Positions 1 through 13,251 of a stretch of 64,000 nt of DNA are shown in pieces (positions within the stretch are counted from its first letter, which is position 1; the number at the start of each line of letters is the position of its first letter). This stretch comes from Mytilus californianus (lineage: Eukaryota), in NCBI RefSeq assembly GCF_021869535.1, contig NW_026262582.1:32860001-32924000 (forward strand). Reading direction: 5' to 3'. A program made the position numbers and the translations under genes. The notes below the pieces were generated by a model. It saw only the letters and a list, made by a program, of their open reading frames with translations. It made no database searches and was not told where the DNA came from.

Positions 1-899
1 ATGTATGTAATACTTGGTGTCTGGTGTAAAATCATTGATGTTTTGAATAAGTCATTATAACATCAACAAAGATTTACAGAAAATGAACATAACAATAATA
101 AGTCAACCGTAAATAGCAAATAAGCTGCATCATTGAATAATAAGAACTAACTTTTTTTGTTTGCTTTTTAGGTGGTATATGTCTCGTTTTGGAATTTTCA
201 AACTGAAACTATTTACTGAGTATGTATCATCGATTGTAAATGTTAATTACTGCGGTTAATTGTGTCCTGCTTTAAATTTTGTTTGCAGTCTTTTTAGATC
301 CACTTAGTTATGAACATATTATTCGGTAGTTGATATTTACCTGTACAGCTCAACAATAAACTAGATTGGCTTTTACAGCTACTGTACAGTACTTAATTTA
401 CTGCAGTCGATAACTATCAGTAAAAAAAACAATTATTTTTCTTGATATAGACCACAAGTTGTTTTCTTTTCATTTTTTGTCAAACAGTTTTAGCTTTTGG
501 CATTAGATCGGTTTCAAACGATCTTCAGAAACTGGAAGTTACTAATTTGTTCTTGAAATGTGAATTTAAATATGGAAAGAATGATTCTCTGTACAAAAAG
601 AAATAAGTTCTTATTGTATTTCCACAATGCAATATTAATTTTAGAACAGTATTTTTAAATTCATTTGAACCTTTTGATTTGAACTTTTAGAACTTTTCCC
701 AATGACTCTAATTGAAAAATAATACCAACAATCTTTATCTATGTACACATTTGTGTAAATACATGATTATACTACTTTTTATTTTTTAAACTATCCAACA
801 AGTAATTGTTTAGATCGAACTAATCATTCACTTTCTTCAGAAAACTCAGTACAGAAAAACAAGTGCATTACGCAGTTATTTTCGTACATTAGTTCAGGT

Positions 900-1419
900 T
901 TATTGCATCATCTTGTATATAACAATCTAGGACTTTGTGTGATTATCAATTGCTGTATTAATGTACTCTGCAGATGTTGTTACTGCGCTTGTCGGTAATG
1001 TAATTGTATTCTGATAAATATTTGGGATGATGTCACTGTATTGGTGCATTTTGATAACTGAAAGAGTTAAAGTCTGATAGGCATTTTCATAACTGTCACC
1101 AGGTCGTCCTATAAAAGAGCTTGCATTAGAGCTTTCTCCATCAACTCTTGACAAAACACCATTGCTTTCGTCGTCATTTGATACATTGTCATTGTTCTCT
1201 TGGTTACTTATTGGATCAACAATCACATTATTATTATTTATTGTACCAATGTCATCATATTGATCTTCTGAAGTGATTTCCACCATCGCATTGGAGCTGC
1301 TTTGTCGACCAAACAGCAATACATACGTGAGACAATACAGCATATAAGCATTCCTCCGATAATGGTTCCAATAACCACCGTGCAACCATTGTATGCAGTA
1401 GGCGTAATAAGTTCATACT
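900..1419 (-). pseudogene. Locus A terminal exon (TM + cytoplasmic tail), frameshifted
   Basis: Acceptor tttcag|AG TAT GAA. TM reads VVIGTIIGGMLICCIVSRMYCCL, then is 1 nt shorter than B, giving a stop at 1238-1240. Tail frame (ORF 927-1385) has QYDDIG, YENAYQTL, YSDI, YQNTI. TAG at 927-929 replaces the W of WLVxY. Ancestral TAA at 900-902, with 3'UTR similar to B. Confidence 0.9.
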
Positions 1420-1964
1420 CTGAAAAAAAGAAAAATTTCTTTTTAATTCTTGCACGTTTGATTGTCAGTTTACTGAACTTTTGAAAAAGTTTAATGTTAC
1501 TACTACTTATTCTACTTGTAAGACGAGATTATCAAGCGAGTTTACTACAATTGATTTTCTGGCAAGGATAATGCTTTTACATGTTGTATAACAAAATATT
1601 GATTTTCAATTGTATTTTTTAGGAGACTATCATTTGGTAACCAGAGTGTAGTAGGAGGACAGCTTTCCTCGGATTGGCTATTCATTTTAATTTGTTGCAT
1701 TGTTTTGATCAAGTAATATTCATATACATCATAGTTTATGCAAGATTATTTTGTTTTCATTTGTTCAAAACAGGACAGAATATTCATTTAGCAGCCCGCC
1801 CAAAAAATAAAATAGTCGTCCCGTTATGGAATATGTGTTAAAGGCTATTTTTCATTGTTACAAGAGCCCATGTCAGCATACGTTTTAATAAAATAATAAA
1901 AAAGAAACTGCAATTATATAAACATATTATAGTGAGTTTTTCTTGCAACCTTTGATTATATATC

Positions 1965-2950
1965 AAAATGAAGATGTGGTTTGATTTCCCATCAGATTAC
2001 TCTCCACAAGAGACCAAAATACACAGAAACTAACAGTTATGGATCATCGTACGGCCTTTAACAATGAAAAAGGTCCAAACCGCATAGGCCCAGAAATCAC
2101 AAATGTAAAACGATCCAAACGAGAAAACTAACAGTCTAATTAATTTAAAATAAACGAAAAACTAATATGTAAAACAGCAAAAAACGATAACCACTTAATT
2201 ACAGGCTCCTAACTTAAGCAGGCTGATTCACACAGAATGTGACGGGAGTACACGTGTGAGCAGAATCCAAACACTCCTCCAAACCTGGGACAATGGCGAA
2301 ACAATACAACATAACAACAAAATATCAGTTGAAAAGGCTTAACTCATCAGATGGCTAAGAATAGAAAAACATATAACAAAAACATGAATGGATTTGGCCA
2401 GGTTCGGGTGAATCTCACAAGCAAACAGACACTTATTACATATCTGAGAGTACTTGCAATTACTGACAGCTAGTTCAAAGCCAATGACAACTTATAGAAG
2501 CAAAAATATATCTAAGATTAAATTATCAATCAGTACACATTCAACATACAATTTATTTAGTGTAAACATGTCATAAACAGTCAGAGAAAAACATGACCGT
2601 GTACAATGCCAAGATACAGCAATCGACAGATTGAAGATCACTGAAAGTGCATATGTATATAACAATAATATTTAGTTTCATTTAAATCTACTCATAACAA
2701 AATCAATATTTATTAATGATATAGAAATACTTTATTTTATTTTTTTCTTAGAAAAAAACAATGTTCAAAGATCCAATGACAGTCTTGAATTGGTAATCTT
2801 TTAGAATACTGTTTGTTTCAAGGATCGTTTCTAAATTACCGGGGTCAGTAAACCACATCTCCGTAATAATGAGGATGTGCTATCCCGTTTGAGGTAAATT
2901 TTTGACGGGAACAACCAAACTTCTAAACTAAATGTTTATATCTATGGAAG
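1965..2950 (-). mobile_element. 5'-truncated Penelope-like element copy (family 1; RT C-terminus + 3'UTR)
   Basis: Reverse-complement match to 9370-10278 (gggatagcacatcctcat...gagaccaaaa...gaagatgtgg). Confidence 0.8.
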
Positions 2951-3359
2951 AATTTAGTAAAAGTTTTAAGTAATTGGTGGTAACGAAATCCCTGATTTAA
3001 TAATTAACGACTAATACAAAGATTATGTTAAAATCTTAAACGTCACAACAGACAACATCACCATAAAAAAGGGAAAATTAACAATAGGCAACTATGGTAT
3101 CTAGCAGTTGTGTCAAAGTCATTACGAATACAGTTATGAGTCTCATCATGTGATCTCAAAATGTTTTACAAATTTGATTGTTTAACTTTCATTTTAGGGG
3201 TTGTTGCAATATTGAGTTTATATGATCACGCTATAATAAACTAATAAATTAAATCTGATATTTTAAGCAAGTAATTACACTTAAGTCAGATACGCATTTA
3301 CACAGAATCATAATAGTCGATCACTTAGCCAACCAGAATCTTCCCGATTATGTACTTAC

Positions 3360-3648
3360 CAACAATTCTAGCTTCTGTAACATTTGTATATTCACTATCT
3401 CCAATTACATTTCTAGAAAAAATGCGCACAACATATTGTTTATTTGATAACAGTTCATATATAGTGTATTTTATTTCATTTTCCAATATATCTTTTATTG
3501 AACCTGTGGTTGTCCACCATTTTCTGTCAATATTTCGATACTGTATGAAGAATAATTGATTGAATCCGCCATTAAAACCTGGAATCCATGACAGTATTAT
3601 ATGGTTTTCGTATTGAACCACTGTTATAATGTTGAGGTTCTGGTATAC
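3360..3648 (-). pseudogene. Locus A FN3 exon
   Basis: W..GFNGGFNQ.F.IQY...Y...I.SRN.IG.S FN3 pattern, donor G|GTAAGT. Length is 289 nt versus 291 nt in B, a 2-nt deficit just after the acceptor. Confidence 0.85.
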
Positions 3649-4708
3649 CTTAATAGTAAGAATAATTTTAAACTTAACACATTAACATAATGTATACTGT
3701 ATTATAACATGTATAAAAATCAAGCAAATTTAAAAATCAGAATAACAAACAAGACATGCATAAGTTAATCGCAGAATAGAATTTTGAGAAAAAAAACGTG
3801 ACCAAAATATTAGATTATTTTACTAAAATAATATTTTTATATATCAAATTAGCAAAGTCTTAAATAGACGGTAATGTAACAATTATGACACTATTACAAT
3901 AGTCATTAACTGTCAAATTCAAGTTCACCGCTTTGACCCAAATTCAAGAATTAATTATAATATAATCAAACGTAAATCCTAACAATATAAATTATAAAAT
4001 AGACAATTAACGACGCATGTACTCGATCATAGATACCACATTTGTGTATATTTAAGTCTAGACGCCGTCTTATTAAACATGCCGGTGACCTTCGAAGACT
4101 GCCGACGATGATATGACCTGATCAGGCGATATAAACATAAAAATAGATATAAATAGAAAGTAAAAAGCTTGCAAATATATTTTTCTAGGTCTTTTGGATT
4201 CTTGGTCTATCTTAATAGTAAGAACAATTTACAACTTAACACAACAACAAAATGTACACTGTATTATATAGATATAGGAAGATGTTGTATGAGTGCCAAT
4301 GAGACAACTTTCCATCAAAGTCACAATTTATAAAAGTAAACCGTTATATACATATATATGAATCGAACGTCAGTATTGTCATTCATTAATGATACAAACA
4401 TGTTTAGTTGCGCCTTTTGGTAATTCATGTATCAGGCCATACATTTATAGATCATTAACATACTACAATAGTGGCAGAGCTGGTCAAATTATAAAGGACC
4501 TACATTTAAGTTAGAAAACTGCTACTGATAAATGAACTGACATTTAGATTTAAATGCAATTATTATATTTTACAATAAAACACAGATTTTAGGGATATCC
4601 TTGTCTATCTTTATAATCATAAGTTAGTATTGTTCTTATATTCCATTATCATATTACAAGTTGCAAGTTGAACATGTACAGTCAAAGATTAAAATAAAAG
4701 ATACGTAC

Positions 4709-5030
4709 TGGCTGATCTTAGGTAAACAGTATATGAATTACACCCTTTTATGTTACAAGCCTCTATTGTATAATTTACAAAGACTTCCTCAGTCGCTACG
4801 CCAAGATGTACAACAACTGTTTATCTCAGGTACAATAATTTTGAAACCATGAAATATACTTGAAATATGCGCCTTTCTCGTCGTAATACTTGGATGTAGA
4901 ACCTTGTTATGATTTGATATATTAAGTCTTATAATATCAAGTGCACTGTGCAAAATGAAAGTAATATTCAGTTCACATCTATATATCCCAAACTGCACTC
5001 TTTTGTTTGTTGAAATGAAGATGGGCGGTG
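4709..5030 (-). pseudogene. Locus A Ig5 exon, frameshifted
   Basis: ttag|CA CCG CCC ... A|GTACGT. Length 322 nt versus 321 in B. Frame switches near ataaacagtt and continues as VVVHLGVATEEVFVNYTIEACNIKGCNSY. Confidence 0.88.
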
Positions 5031-6399
5031 CTAATAAAATAACAACAATGCAATTCATATGATAGTAAAATTATTTCTAGTGTGTCTTCATTAAATTGTC
5101 TTGACTAAACAATAATCATATTCCTCATTTCTCATTAAAAAATAATGTGTACGTTTATCTAAACTACAAGAAAAAAAATCTTTATAAGATATAGTTAGAG
5201 CTTTTCATTAAATAGAATAAAAATGAGAAAAGAAATAGGACACGGTCAAAGAGACAATAACCCGACTAAAGGAAAAACAATGAACTAAGGCCACCAATGG
5301 GTCTTCAACAATGAGAAACCCAACACCCAGAGTAGAAATACCACAAACTCATTGTATGTCACATCCGGTTGCATAGTAAAAAAGGTCGACAATAATATTC
5401 CCTTGAATTCATTGCAGTAGAAAGAAGTATGTGTCATAACCATGATAACATTTATCGTTGGTGTTTCAAAGCACCACTTTTTCTTAATTGGGTGTTTCTA
5501 TTTAATATTTTGGAAACTGACGGTCACATGTTTGTTAAAGCATGTACACAAGACGAAAAAGGTTGAAATCCGATTGGTTAACTTCTAGTTATGTTTTTTC
5601 TTATAGGCAATGAAACATAATATGAAATGTTGTCTATAGTACTTGATCAGATAAAACTTTACTCATTACTATTACAAATATGAAATATTCTGAATGGAAT
5701 GAGTCTCAAAAACACATTTTATGAAAACATTACTTTGAAATAGGCTCTACCATGAATATTAATAGACATAGCAAGCCATACTCAGCATTTTGTGGAGCTT
5801 TTTCTGACTTTGTCTCCTTATTTCGTATATTTTTCCATTATAGAAAACTTGTTCTTTAGTAATAATTTAATAACAAATCATTTATATTTTAATGTAATTA
5901 CTTTTTTAACCAGATACAACTCATTATTAAATTAAAGGGAAGCTGTGTTTATCCCTCTCTGGAACGTGGCATAAATTTCAGTTTTACGTAAAGACTGATT
6001 TAAACCTTCTTGGAGTCCGTAAACTTGTATGTGGATGGTTCAGTCAGCTTGTATACTTAAATTACTCATTTATTATTTCATTTTTTTCAAAAAATGTGTT
6101 AAAGTTACCCTAAATAAATCGCTGTAGATGTCGTCTTTAAGTATACTAGATTTTTCTAAAACTATTGAACTGATTATGACAAAACTTAAGTAATGCTTGA
6201 CATACAAATGTAACTAGTTAAACAAGGGCCAAAATATCATTCAGGTTATTGATCACAGAAGTCTTCTATTGTATCACCGAATTACAGTACAATAGTTTCG
6301 AAAAGTGCAAATTTAACAAAGACGTTTGGTGAAAAATCAATGGTGGTGTTACACCATCCATAGGCAGGGTTGAGCTGGCCCTTAACACAATGTTTACTA

Positions 6400-6955
6400 G
6401 TTCAGTGATTTCCTTGATAGAGGGTTGCTGCTCACACGGACGCTATTAAACCAAGCAGCGCCTGCATACGATCTATATATCTCCCGATTAATACGATATT
6501 CCCGAACTTGTATTTCCTATCCTGATTTCCTTGATAGAGGATTGCTGCTCACAAGGAAGTTATAAAACCAAGAGTTCGAAATGGTGAAGTTCAAATCATC
6601 CCTTTACGGACGCCATCACGAGTAGATTGACCGTTATGGAATAACCGTTTCACATATGATATCGGATATGTTTCTTACGTCGTAACTACAATCCCCATCT
6701 CTTTTCATGAATGTGACCTACCTAATTAGACTATTTACTGGGTGTGTAATAACATGACCAACACAAAAGGTGTTACATGTGGAGCAGGATCGGCTTACCC
6801 TTCCGGAGTACCTGAGATCACCCCCAGTTTTTGGTGGGGTTCGTGTTGTTTACTATTGTTTGTCTGTTTGTCTTTTTTCATTTTTAGCCATGGCGTTGTC
6901 AGTTTATTTTTGATTTATGAGTTTGACTGTTCCTCTAGTATCTTTCTTTTCTCTT
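6400..6955 (+). mobile_element. Penelope-like family 2, 3' fragment with a ~116-nt internal duplication
   Basis: Encodes degenerate AYG.YISRLIRY / RGLLLTRKL RT C-terminus, followed by the ggagcaggatc.gcttacccttccggag 3' motif. gatttccttgatagagg occurs twice (~6408, ~6524). Confidence 0.8.
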
Positions 6956-6959
6956 TCGG

Positions 6960-9900
6960 TGATAATGCATGTTAGGTATGTTCGATTTCTAAAACACATT
7001 AACCAAAGAAAAAATATTTATATGAAAACAAAAGGAAATGAAGTTAAAAATAGATATACGTCTGTAACATCAGACGTGAATGTAGAAAATAATACTCTCT
7101 TAACGTGAAACTGTGAATCGTCGAAGTTTAGATATGTTCCATATGGCCATGTTATTACAGGGGACCTCAATATCGTCCAGGACAGAGAGGTTAACACTTT
7201 TAAAAAAAAAAGAACAACATATCGTCCTCCATCTAAAATAGATTGGAAAGAGTGTCGTTAAGTCACCAAAGATGATATCTCCTCTTTTTGTAATAAGTGG
7301 TGTAAACGGGAAAAATCTGATAAAAAATCTCTTGATTCTTCTTTAAATAAATGTATGAATGTGGTAGATAATAGAATATTACATTTTGAAAATAATTTAG
7401 AAGTAAATAATAGAGTACATAGTACGTCTATTTCCAGAATAAGAAATCAACTTCAAGAACTTTCAAAGCGGTTTGTGTTTGTACCGACCGACAAAGCAGC
7501 CAACAATGTGGTGGTGGTATGTACTACACTGACGTTCTTAAGAATGAAATTTTAAAGTCATCTACTTTCAAGTCCATGCGCTCCACAGAGAGTCATATAG
7601 TAAACAAACATATCATAACCACATCAAAGCTTAAGGCTTCTTCTGAACATTTGAAGGTCCCTTATATATATTGCTTACCTAAACTACACAAAAAAACATT
7701 TAAATATCGTTTCATCTCGGCCTCTAGTCAGTGTTCTACAACTAATCTTTCAGTGCTTTTAACAAGTTCCTTAACTACTATCAGGGGTCGCATTTAAGCA
7801 TTTTTGTGTACTGGACAGTCGGACCATTGGACTGAAAAAATCTACTGGTCCGGCTCCAAATCTACTGGTCCTTAATTGCTAATATAAATGGTAGATTTTT
7901 TGTGCTGTTTTGATTGTTCATGAGCATGTACAGAATCTACCTTGAAAATTGAAGATCCCGTTACAAAAATACATTTTTTATCTATATCTGTCACTGCAAA
8001 TTTTTCACATGTAATACAATTTATTACATCGCGATCTACTATATGATTTAACCATTCACGATCTTTTTCCCAGGATTTTTTATATTTACGTTTCCTCCTT
8101 TATTCCGATCTTCCTTTGAATGTCACTTATTTTATTTTTTTTATCCGGCGGTTTAACTCCTTCCAAAAATTTCAACATTTTGTGTTGTTGTGAAGGAAGC
8201 TCACCTGAGATATTAATTAAGTTAATCAATTGTTATACTTAGTACACCCCCATTACCTTGTAATTGATTTTGCAGGTTAAATTTGGTAAACAAAACGAGA
8301 TTGCGATGCCTTCAGTGATTTTTATCATCAAATTTCTACTGGTCCGCCGGACAACCAGCTGACAAAATCTCCTGGTCCGACGCATACTCTACTGATCTCG
8401 GACCACTGGACCAGCGCTAATTTCGACCCCTGACTACTATTAAAGAGCTTATCATAAACTATTGTAATAACATATATGAACATAACGGAATTAACTATTT
8501 TTGGATTGAAAAAATGTCTTTGGATGTTTTAGATAAATGACGTGCTTTTGATTGTCTTTTTGATTCTGTTGACAGTTTTGAGTTTTCTACTCTTTACACT
8601 ACACTTCCACACTATCTTATTTAATAAAAGTTTTCCTATTTAATTAAATGGTCGTTTTGAAAATCTGAATGCAAATATATTTGCTGCAACTCATTTAAAG
8701 CCTTCTTCTCTAATGACAAAGGTAAATATGCTAGATATACTTACTGGAGGTGTGTTGAGATGATTAAAGCTGTTAATTTTTTCCTTGATAATATTTATGT
8801 ACGTTTCGGCAACAAAGTTTATCGACAGGTTGTAGATATCCCTATGGGCACTAACTGCGCCCCTTTAATAGCAGACTTGTTTTTGTATTATTATGAATTA
8901 CGGTTAATGACTAAACTCAGTAAAGACGCGTCGAAATTGCATTTAATTGATAAATTCAACAACTCTAACCGTTATCTTGATGATATGTTTTCGTTAAATA
9001 ATCAAGAATTTTCTCAATATACTGCTGACATTTACCCCAAGGAACTTACTTTAAATAAATCAAATTTAAACGGTAATAACTTTCCTTTCCTAGATTTAGA
9101 TATTTCGGTTTTAAACAGGAAACTCCACACTAAAATTTACGACAAAAGGGACGATTTTTCGTTCCCTATTGTTAATTTTCCATTTTTAGATGGTGATGTT
9201 CCTTTGGCACCATCTTACGGTGTTTATATATCACAGCTCGTTCGCTATGACCGTGTGTGTTGTGACGTTTTTGATTTTAACGAACGTAATCTATGTATTA
9301 CTGGTAAATTATTAAGCCTGGGATTTCGTTACCATAAATCACTTAAACCCTTTACTAAATTTTTCCATAGATATAAAGATTTGGTTTTGAAGTTTGGTTG
9401 TACCTTTAGAAAATGTATATCAAACGGGATAGCACATCCTCATTTTTACGGAAATATTGTTAACCGTGCCCGGAAATTTAGAAATGATCCTTGTAAACTT
9501 ATCGCTCCTTTAAATAAATTTATTCTAAAAGGTTACCAATTCAACACTGTAATAAGATCATTGAATACTGTTTTGTTTTGGTAAAAATATTGATTTTGTT
9601 ATCAGTAAATTAAAAGCAAACTAAATATTACTAGTATGCTATATACATATGTGCATTCATGGATCTACAATCTGTTGATACCTTTATCTTGGCATTGCAC
9701 AAGGTCATGTTTTTATCTGACTGTTTATGACGTCTTTACACTAAATCCATTTGATGTTGGATGTGTACGGATTGATAATTTAGTCTAAGATGCATGATTT
9801 TTTTATTAGTTGTTAATGGCTTTCAACTAGCTGTCAGTTAACTGCGAGTACTCTCAGATCTGTACCTAGTGTCTTTTTATTGTTGGGATGTACAAGTACC

Positions 9901-10278
9901 CGGCCACGTCCACTTGTATTTTTGTCCATCTGATGAGTTAAGCCTTTTTTTAACTGATTTTTATAGTTCGTTCTTATGCTGTAGTGTTATACCACTGTCC
10001 CAGGTTAGGGGAGGGTTGGGATCGTTGGGTTGTCGTTTTTTTTTATGTGTTACATATTTGTTTTTCGTTAATTTTTTTGTACATAAATAAGGCCGTTAGT
10101 TTTCTCGTTTGAATTGTTTTACATTGTCATTTCGGGGCTTTTTATAACTGACTATGCGGTATGGACTTTGCTCATTGTCGACGGCCGTACGATATACTAT
10201 AGTTGTTAATTGCTGTGTCATTTTGGTCTCTTGTGGAGAGTTGTCTCATTGGCAATCATACCACATCTTCTTTTTTAT
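6960..10278 (+). mobile_element. Decayed Penelope-like retroelement (Naiad-type RT, family 1), 5'-truncated and interrupted by a MITE
   Basis: Translation gives GHVITGDL, YRPP..IDW, FVPTDKAANNV, FSTLYTTLPH, IPMGTNCAP, YLDD (ORF 8760-9584), FPIVNFPFL, YGVYISQLVRY. Several stops and one frameshift. No endonuclease after RT. ~700-nt 3'UTR is shared with other copies in the window. Confidence 0.88.
7782..8432. mobile_element. hAT-like MITE (651 bp)
   Basis: TIRs start CAGGGGTCG at both ends. 8-bp TSD ACTACTAT at 7774-7781 and 8433-8440. Subterminal ctactggtcc repeats. Removal restores the RT frame (LTTIKELIINYC). Confidence 0.92.
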
Positions 10279-10282
10279 ATAC

Positions 10283-10582
10283 CTTCATATTGAACAGATA
10301 CTGCTCCTTCCTGAAACAAATTTCCATTTCTAGCTTTTATACCATTCGATACTCTACATACATGTACGTAAATGCCAAAATGTTCAAGAAGTGTCTTATT
10401 GCTTTGTGCTATTATCGTAAGGCTTCCGGTTTGAGTTCCTTCGATTTTACGAATTGTTTTATTGAATTCCGATAGGTAGTACCATTTTGCAAAGGTGTAA
10501 TTGTTAGGTTCACCCTTCGGATGACAATTTATATTGATAGTTTGACCAATAATGCTGTTCGACACACTCACTAATGGATGGT
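10283..10582 (-). CDS. Locus A Ig4 exon (open; 6-nt in-frame insertion)
   Basis: ttacag|AC CAT CCA ... G|GTATAT. Reads INCHPKGEP...W...GIYVHVCRVSNG. 300 nt. Confidence 0.85.
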
Positions 10583-11034
10583 CTGTAAAATATTAATAAT
10601 TTGATATTATTTAAATCATGATTATATTTCTAGGTTAACATATTAAGTCTTAATGTTCAAATTACTGCAATGTCAGTAACAAATAATGTACATTCATAAA
10701 TATAGTAAGTTACAAATAATGTACATTCAGAAATATGTTTATTGCTGCTACAACTACAACGGGATAGATTTTAAAAAAAATAACTCCTGGTTTAGATTTG
10801 ATACTTTTATTTCGTTTGCGTACACTTCTGCATATATTGACATTAATAAAATCTTGCATTTGGGTTTCAACATTTCTAAAACACTAAGATTGTCATGTCA
10901 GTCATGCATAAGATTTGCGAAATCTTTTGTTTTGTTTAAAAGTGGGATTATATGATAGTAGATCGCATATAGTACACTTATGTAGACAATCCTATATATT
11001 TTGTCATAGTATACCTCTTAATAATAAAACTTAC

Positions 11035-11180
11035 ACAGAACCTTGATATGTATATACGATTCCGATGTTCCAATTTCATTTGAAGCTGAACATGTATATA
11101 TTCGTGTGTTAGTACGATGGATTGGGCTGAATGTCAAACATGATGTGGTATCTGCAGTTTTTTGGAAAGACATATTTTTT
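11035..11180 (-). pseudogene. Locus A Ig3 exon remnant (3' half)
   Basis: TTSCLTFSPIHRTNTRIYTCSASNEIGTSESYIHIKVL T|GTAAGT matches B exon 40582-40842. Upstream part has in-frame stops and no recognisable homology. Start coordinate is approximate. Confidence 0.8.
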
Positions 11181-12009
11181 TTTGTCTTCATTTAGCTTGA
11201 CTTTGATCAATTTACATTTGCTCCTCATTTTCAAATAAGGTCATACCAATATAAAAATAACACATAGCTGAGAGAGTGATAGAGCAGATATTTACTACGC
11301 GGAAACATTGTCAACTGAGGCATGACCAAGGTGGACAATGCTTTTTCGAATGGTGCCAATCAGCTCTCACAGCTATGTCTTATAGAATTCAATATACTAT
11401 ACTGAATGTTTTATTATTATTGGCTTCATGTGTTAAATTTAATATAAAAAACTGTTTAACTTTGACGTCTTGCACATAACAAAGAACCAGTTATTAAAAG
11501 AAAAAAAAACAGAATGAAGGCAAGATATTTTTGTTTTCATTATGACATTTTAAGAACAAGTTCGTTCGATGCCTAAACGTAAACCTTGATCTGTTTAATT
11601 GTCTGTAATTCATACGTGTTAATCCAATTCATTGTCCTTTAAATTTTCGATTTTCTATTGGTCTGCACGAGAGGGTGACATTCAAAACATTGTCTCCCGC
11701 TGAGCCATATGGTATGATAAATCATCACTCTCGTATTATCCAATCAAAATCCGGCATTGTGACGTGAAGCAAAATAAATTGAAACCCAAATTATGAATAT
11801 GAATTCTTTCCTGTCCTAGTTACCTGTAATTGTACGTTCACATATTTGTTTCTTTGTTCTATAGATCGTTGACTCATTTCCAATGATGCCCCATTTCAAA
11901 GTTACATACTCATAGTGAATAAATGTAAAAATTGTTTTAGTTTGTTTCACCATTTCTCACACAATAGCGGCACTACACCTATTTTGTCTTAGGTGATGCG
12001 TGGAAACAT

Positions 12010-12230
12010 ACACTATTTCACCTTATAAAACAAAAGCGAGATATATATGTGCAGTATTCAAACTCATAAGTAGAAAATAAACTGAGAACATCACGGCTAA
12101 AAAACAAGACCAACGGACAAAAAATAGTACACAAAATACAACATAGAAAACTTTTGATTAAGCAACACAAATCCCACCAATCACTCGGGATGATCTCAGG
12201 TTCACCGGAAGGGTAAGCAGATCTATGTTC
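12010..12230 (-). mobile_element. PLE family 2, 3'-end fragment
   Basis: ccggaagggtaagcagatct and aactgagaacatcacggctaaaa match 6780-6955 in reverse. Confidence 0.7.
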
Positions 12231-12854
12231 GTAAATGGTCGCATAAACTAATTTGAAAAAACAGTAAAAGGAGACACATCGAAACAGCACCAGATTAGCT
12301 AGGAAATTAGCTTCATAGATTTAAGCAATATCTTTACGAAAGGAACGACAGCGTCAATATGGTCAACTTCAATTTAAATTAAAGAAGTAAATAGATATTC
12401 ATAACTATATCGACAATTTAAGGGATCAAACAAAACAAAACGTGCATCGAATGAACTTGAAAAAAAGAATATTCGGATGCATCGACAGGGTAACCTTCTC
12501 CGACATTCAAGCATCGCAGTGCAAATATTACTCAATAAAAATTTCACAATCGAAAATCAGAGAATTGACACTTAAAACATAATATGATGTTGTAAAATTA
12601 ATCTTTTACTATTTTAATCACGGGTTTTTCCTAAATTGAAAAGAAAATTAGAATAAGAAAAGCTTTGCTATTAAATTTTTGCAAAATAGACAACTTCAAC
12701 ATTCTTGAATTTTACTGTACATTTTCAATGTGACAATATTTATGTTATTACTCTTCAGTAAGTCAACCAGAATTATCAATGACACAATTTACTCTAATTG
12801 AACCCCAGGTCAACCAGGGAAGCTCAAAATTCTCCGAAATTGTTCTATACTTAC

Positions 12855-13251
12855 ATCGAATATCCAGTATAACTGTATCTGTCAATGGCCTTTCTAACAT
12901 GGTACTGACGGCAGAACATTGAAATGATTTCAAAATGTCCTTTTTACTTGGAACAAACGAATGTGCTATATTACTACTCGCATCGCTCTGAATGGTTGAA
13001 CCGTTTTCAGTTAAAGAGAGAGTTTCTGTTGGTTTACCGCTGTTTACAGAACAAACTATATCTAGTTTATGTCCTGCGATTCCTCGAATACGTTTCTGGT
13101 GTCTCCTTCCAAACGTATTCAGGAAAGTCAAGTTGTTTGGTTATATTTGATGCGTTTCACTCAGTTTTAGTTTGTAACCCGGATTTGTTTTTATCTTTAT
13201 CGATTTATGAGTTTCGAACAGCGGTATACTACTTGCCTTTTTTTGATGAAC
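12855..13251 (-). pseudogene. Locus A Ig2 (C2-like) exon interrupted by a ~103-nt repeat insertion
   Basis: Acceptor gttag|GT TCA TCA, insertion 13141-13243 (in-frame TAG), then PNNLTFLN...LDIVCSVNSGKP...FQCSA...T|GTAAGT. Confidence 0.85.
13141..13243 (-). mobile_element. Short fragment of interspersed repeat family 3
   Basis: ggcaagtagtataccgctgttcgaaa...aaatccgggttacaaact matches the start of the copy at ~16625. Confidence 0.8.

Noticed and set aside
8538-8660. Other in-frame TGA codons in the PLE RT as selenocysteine
   Set aside because: They are not at apparent Cys positions and occur alongside TAA TAA, so this is ordinary decay.
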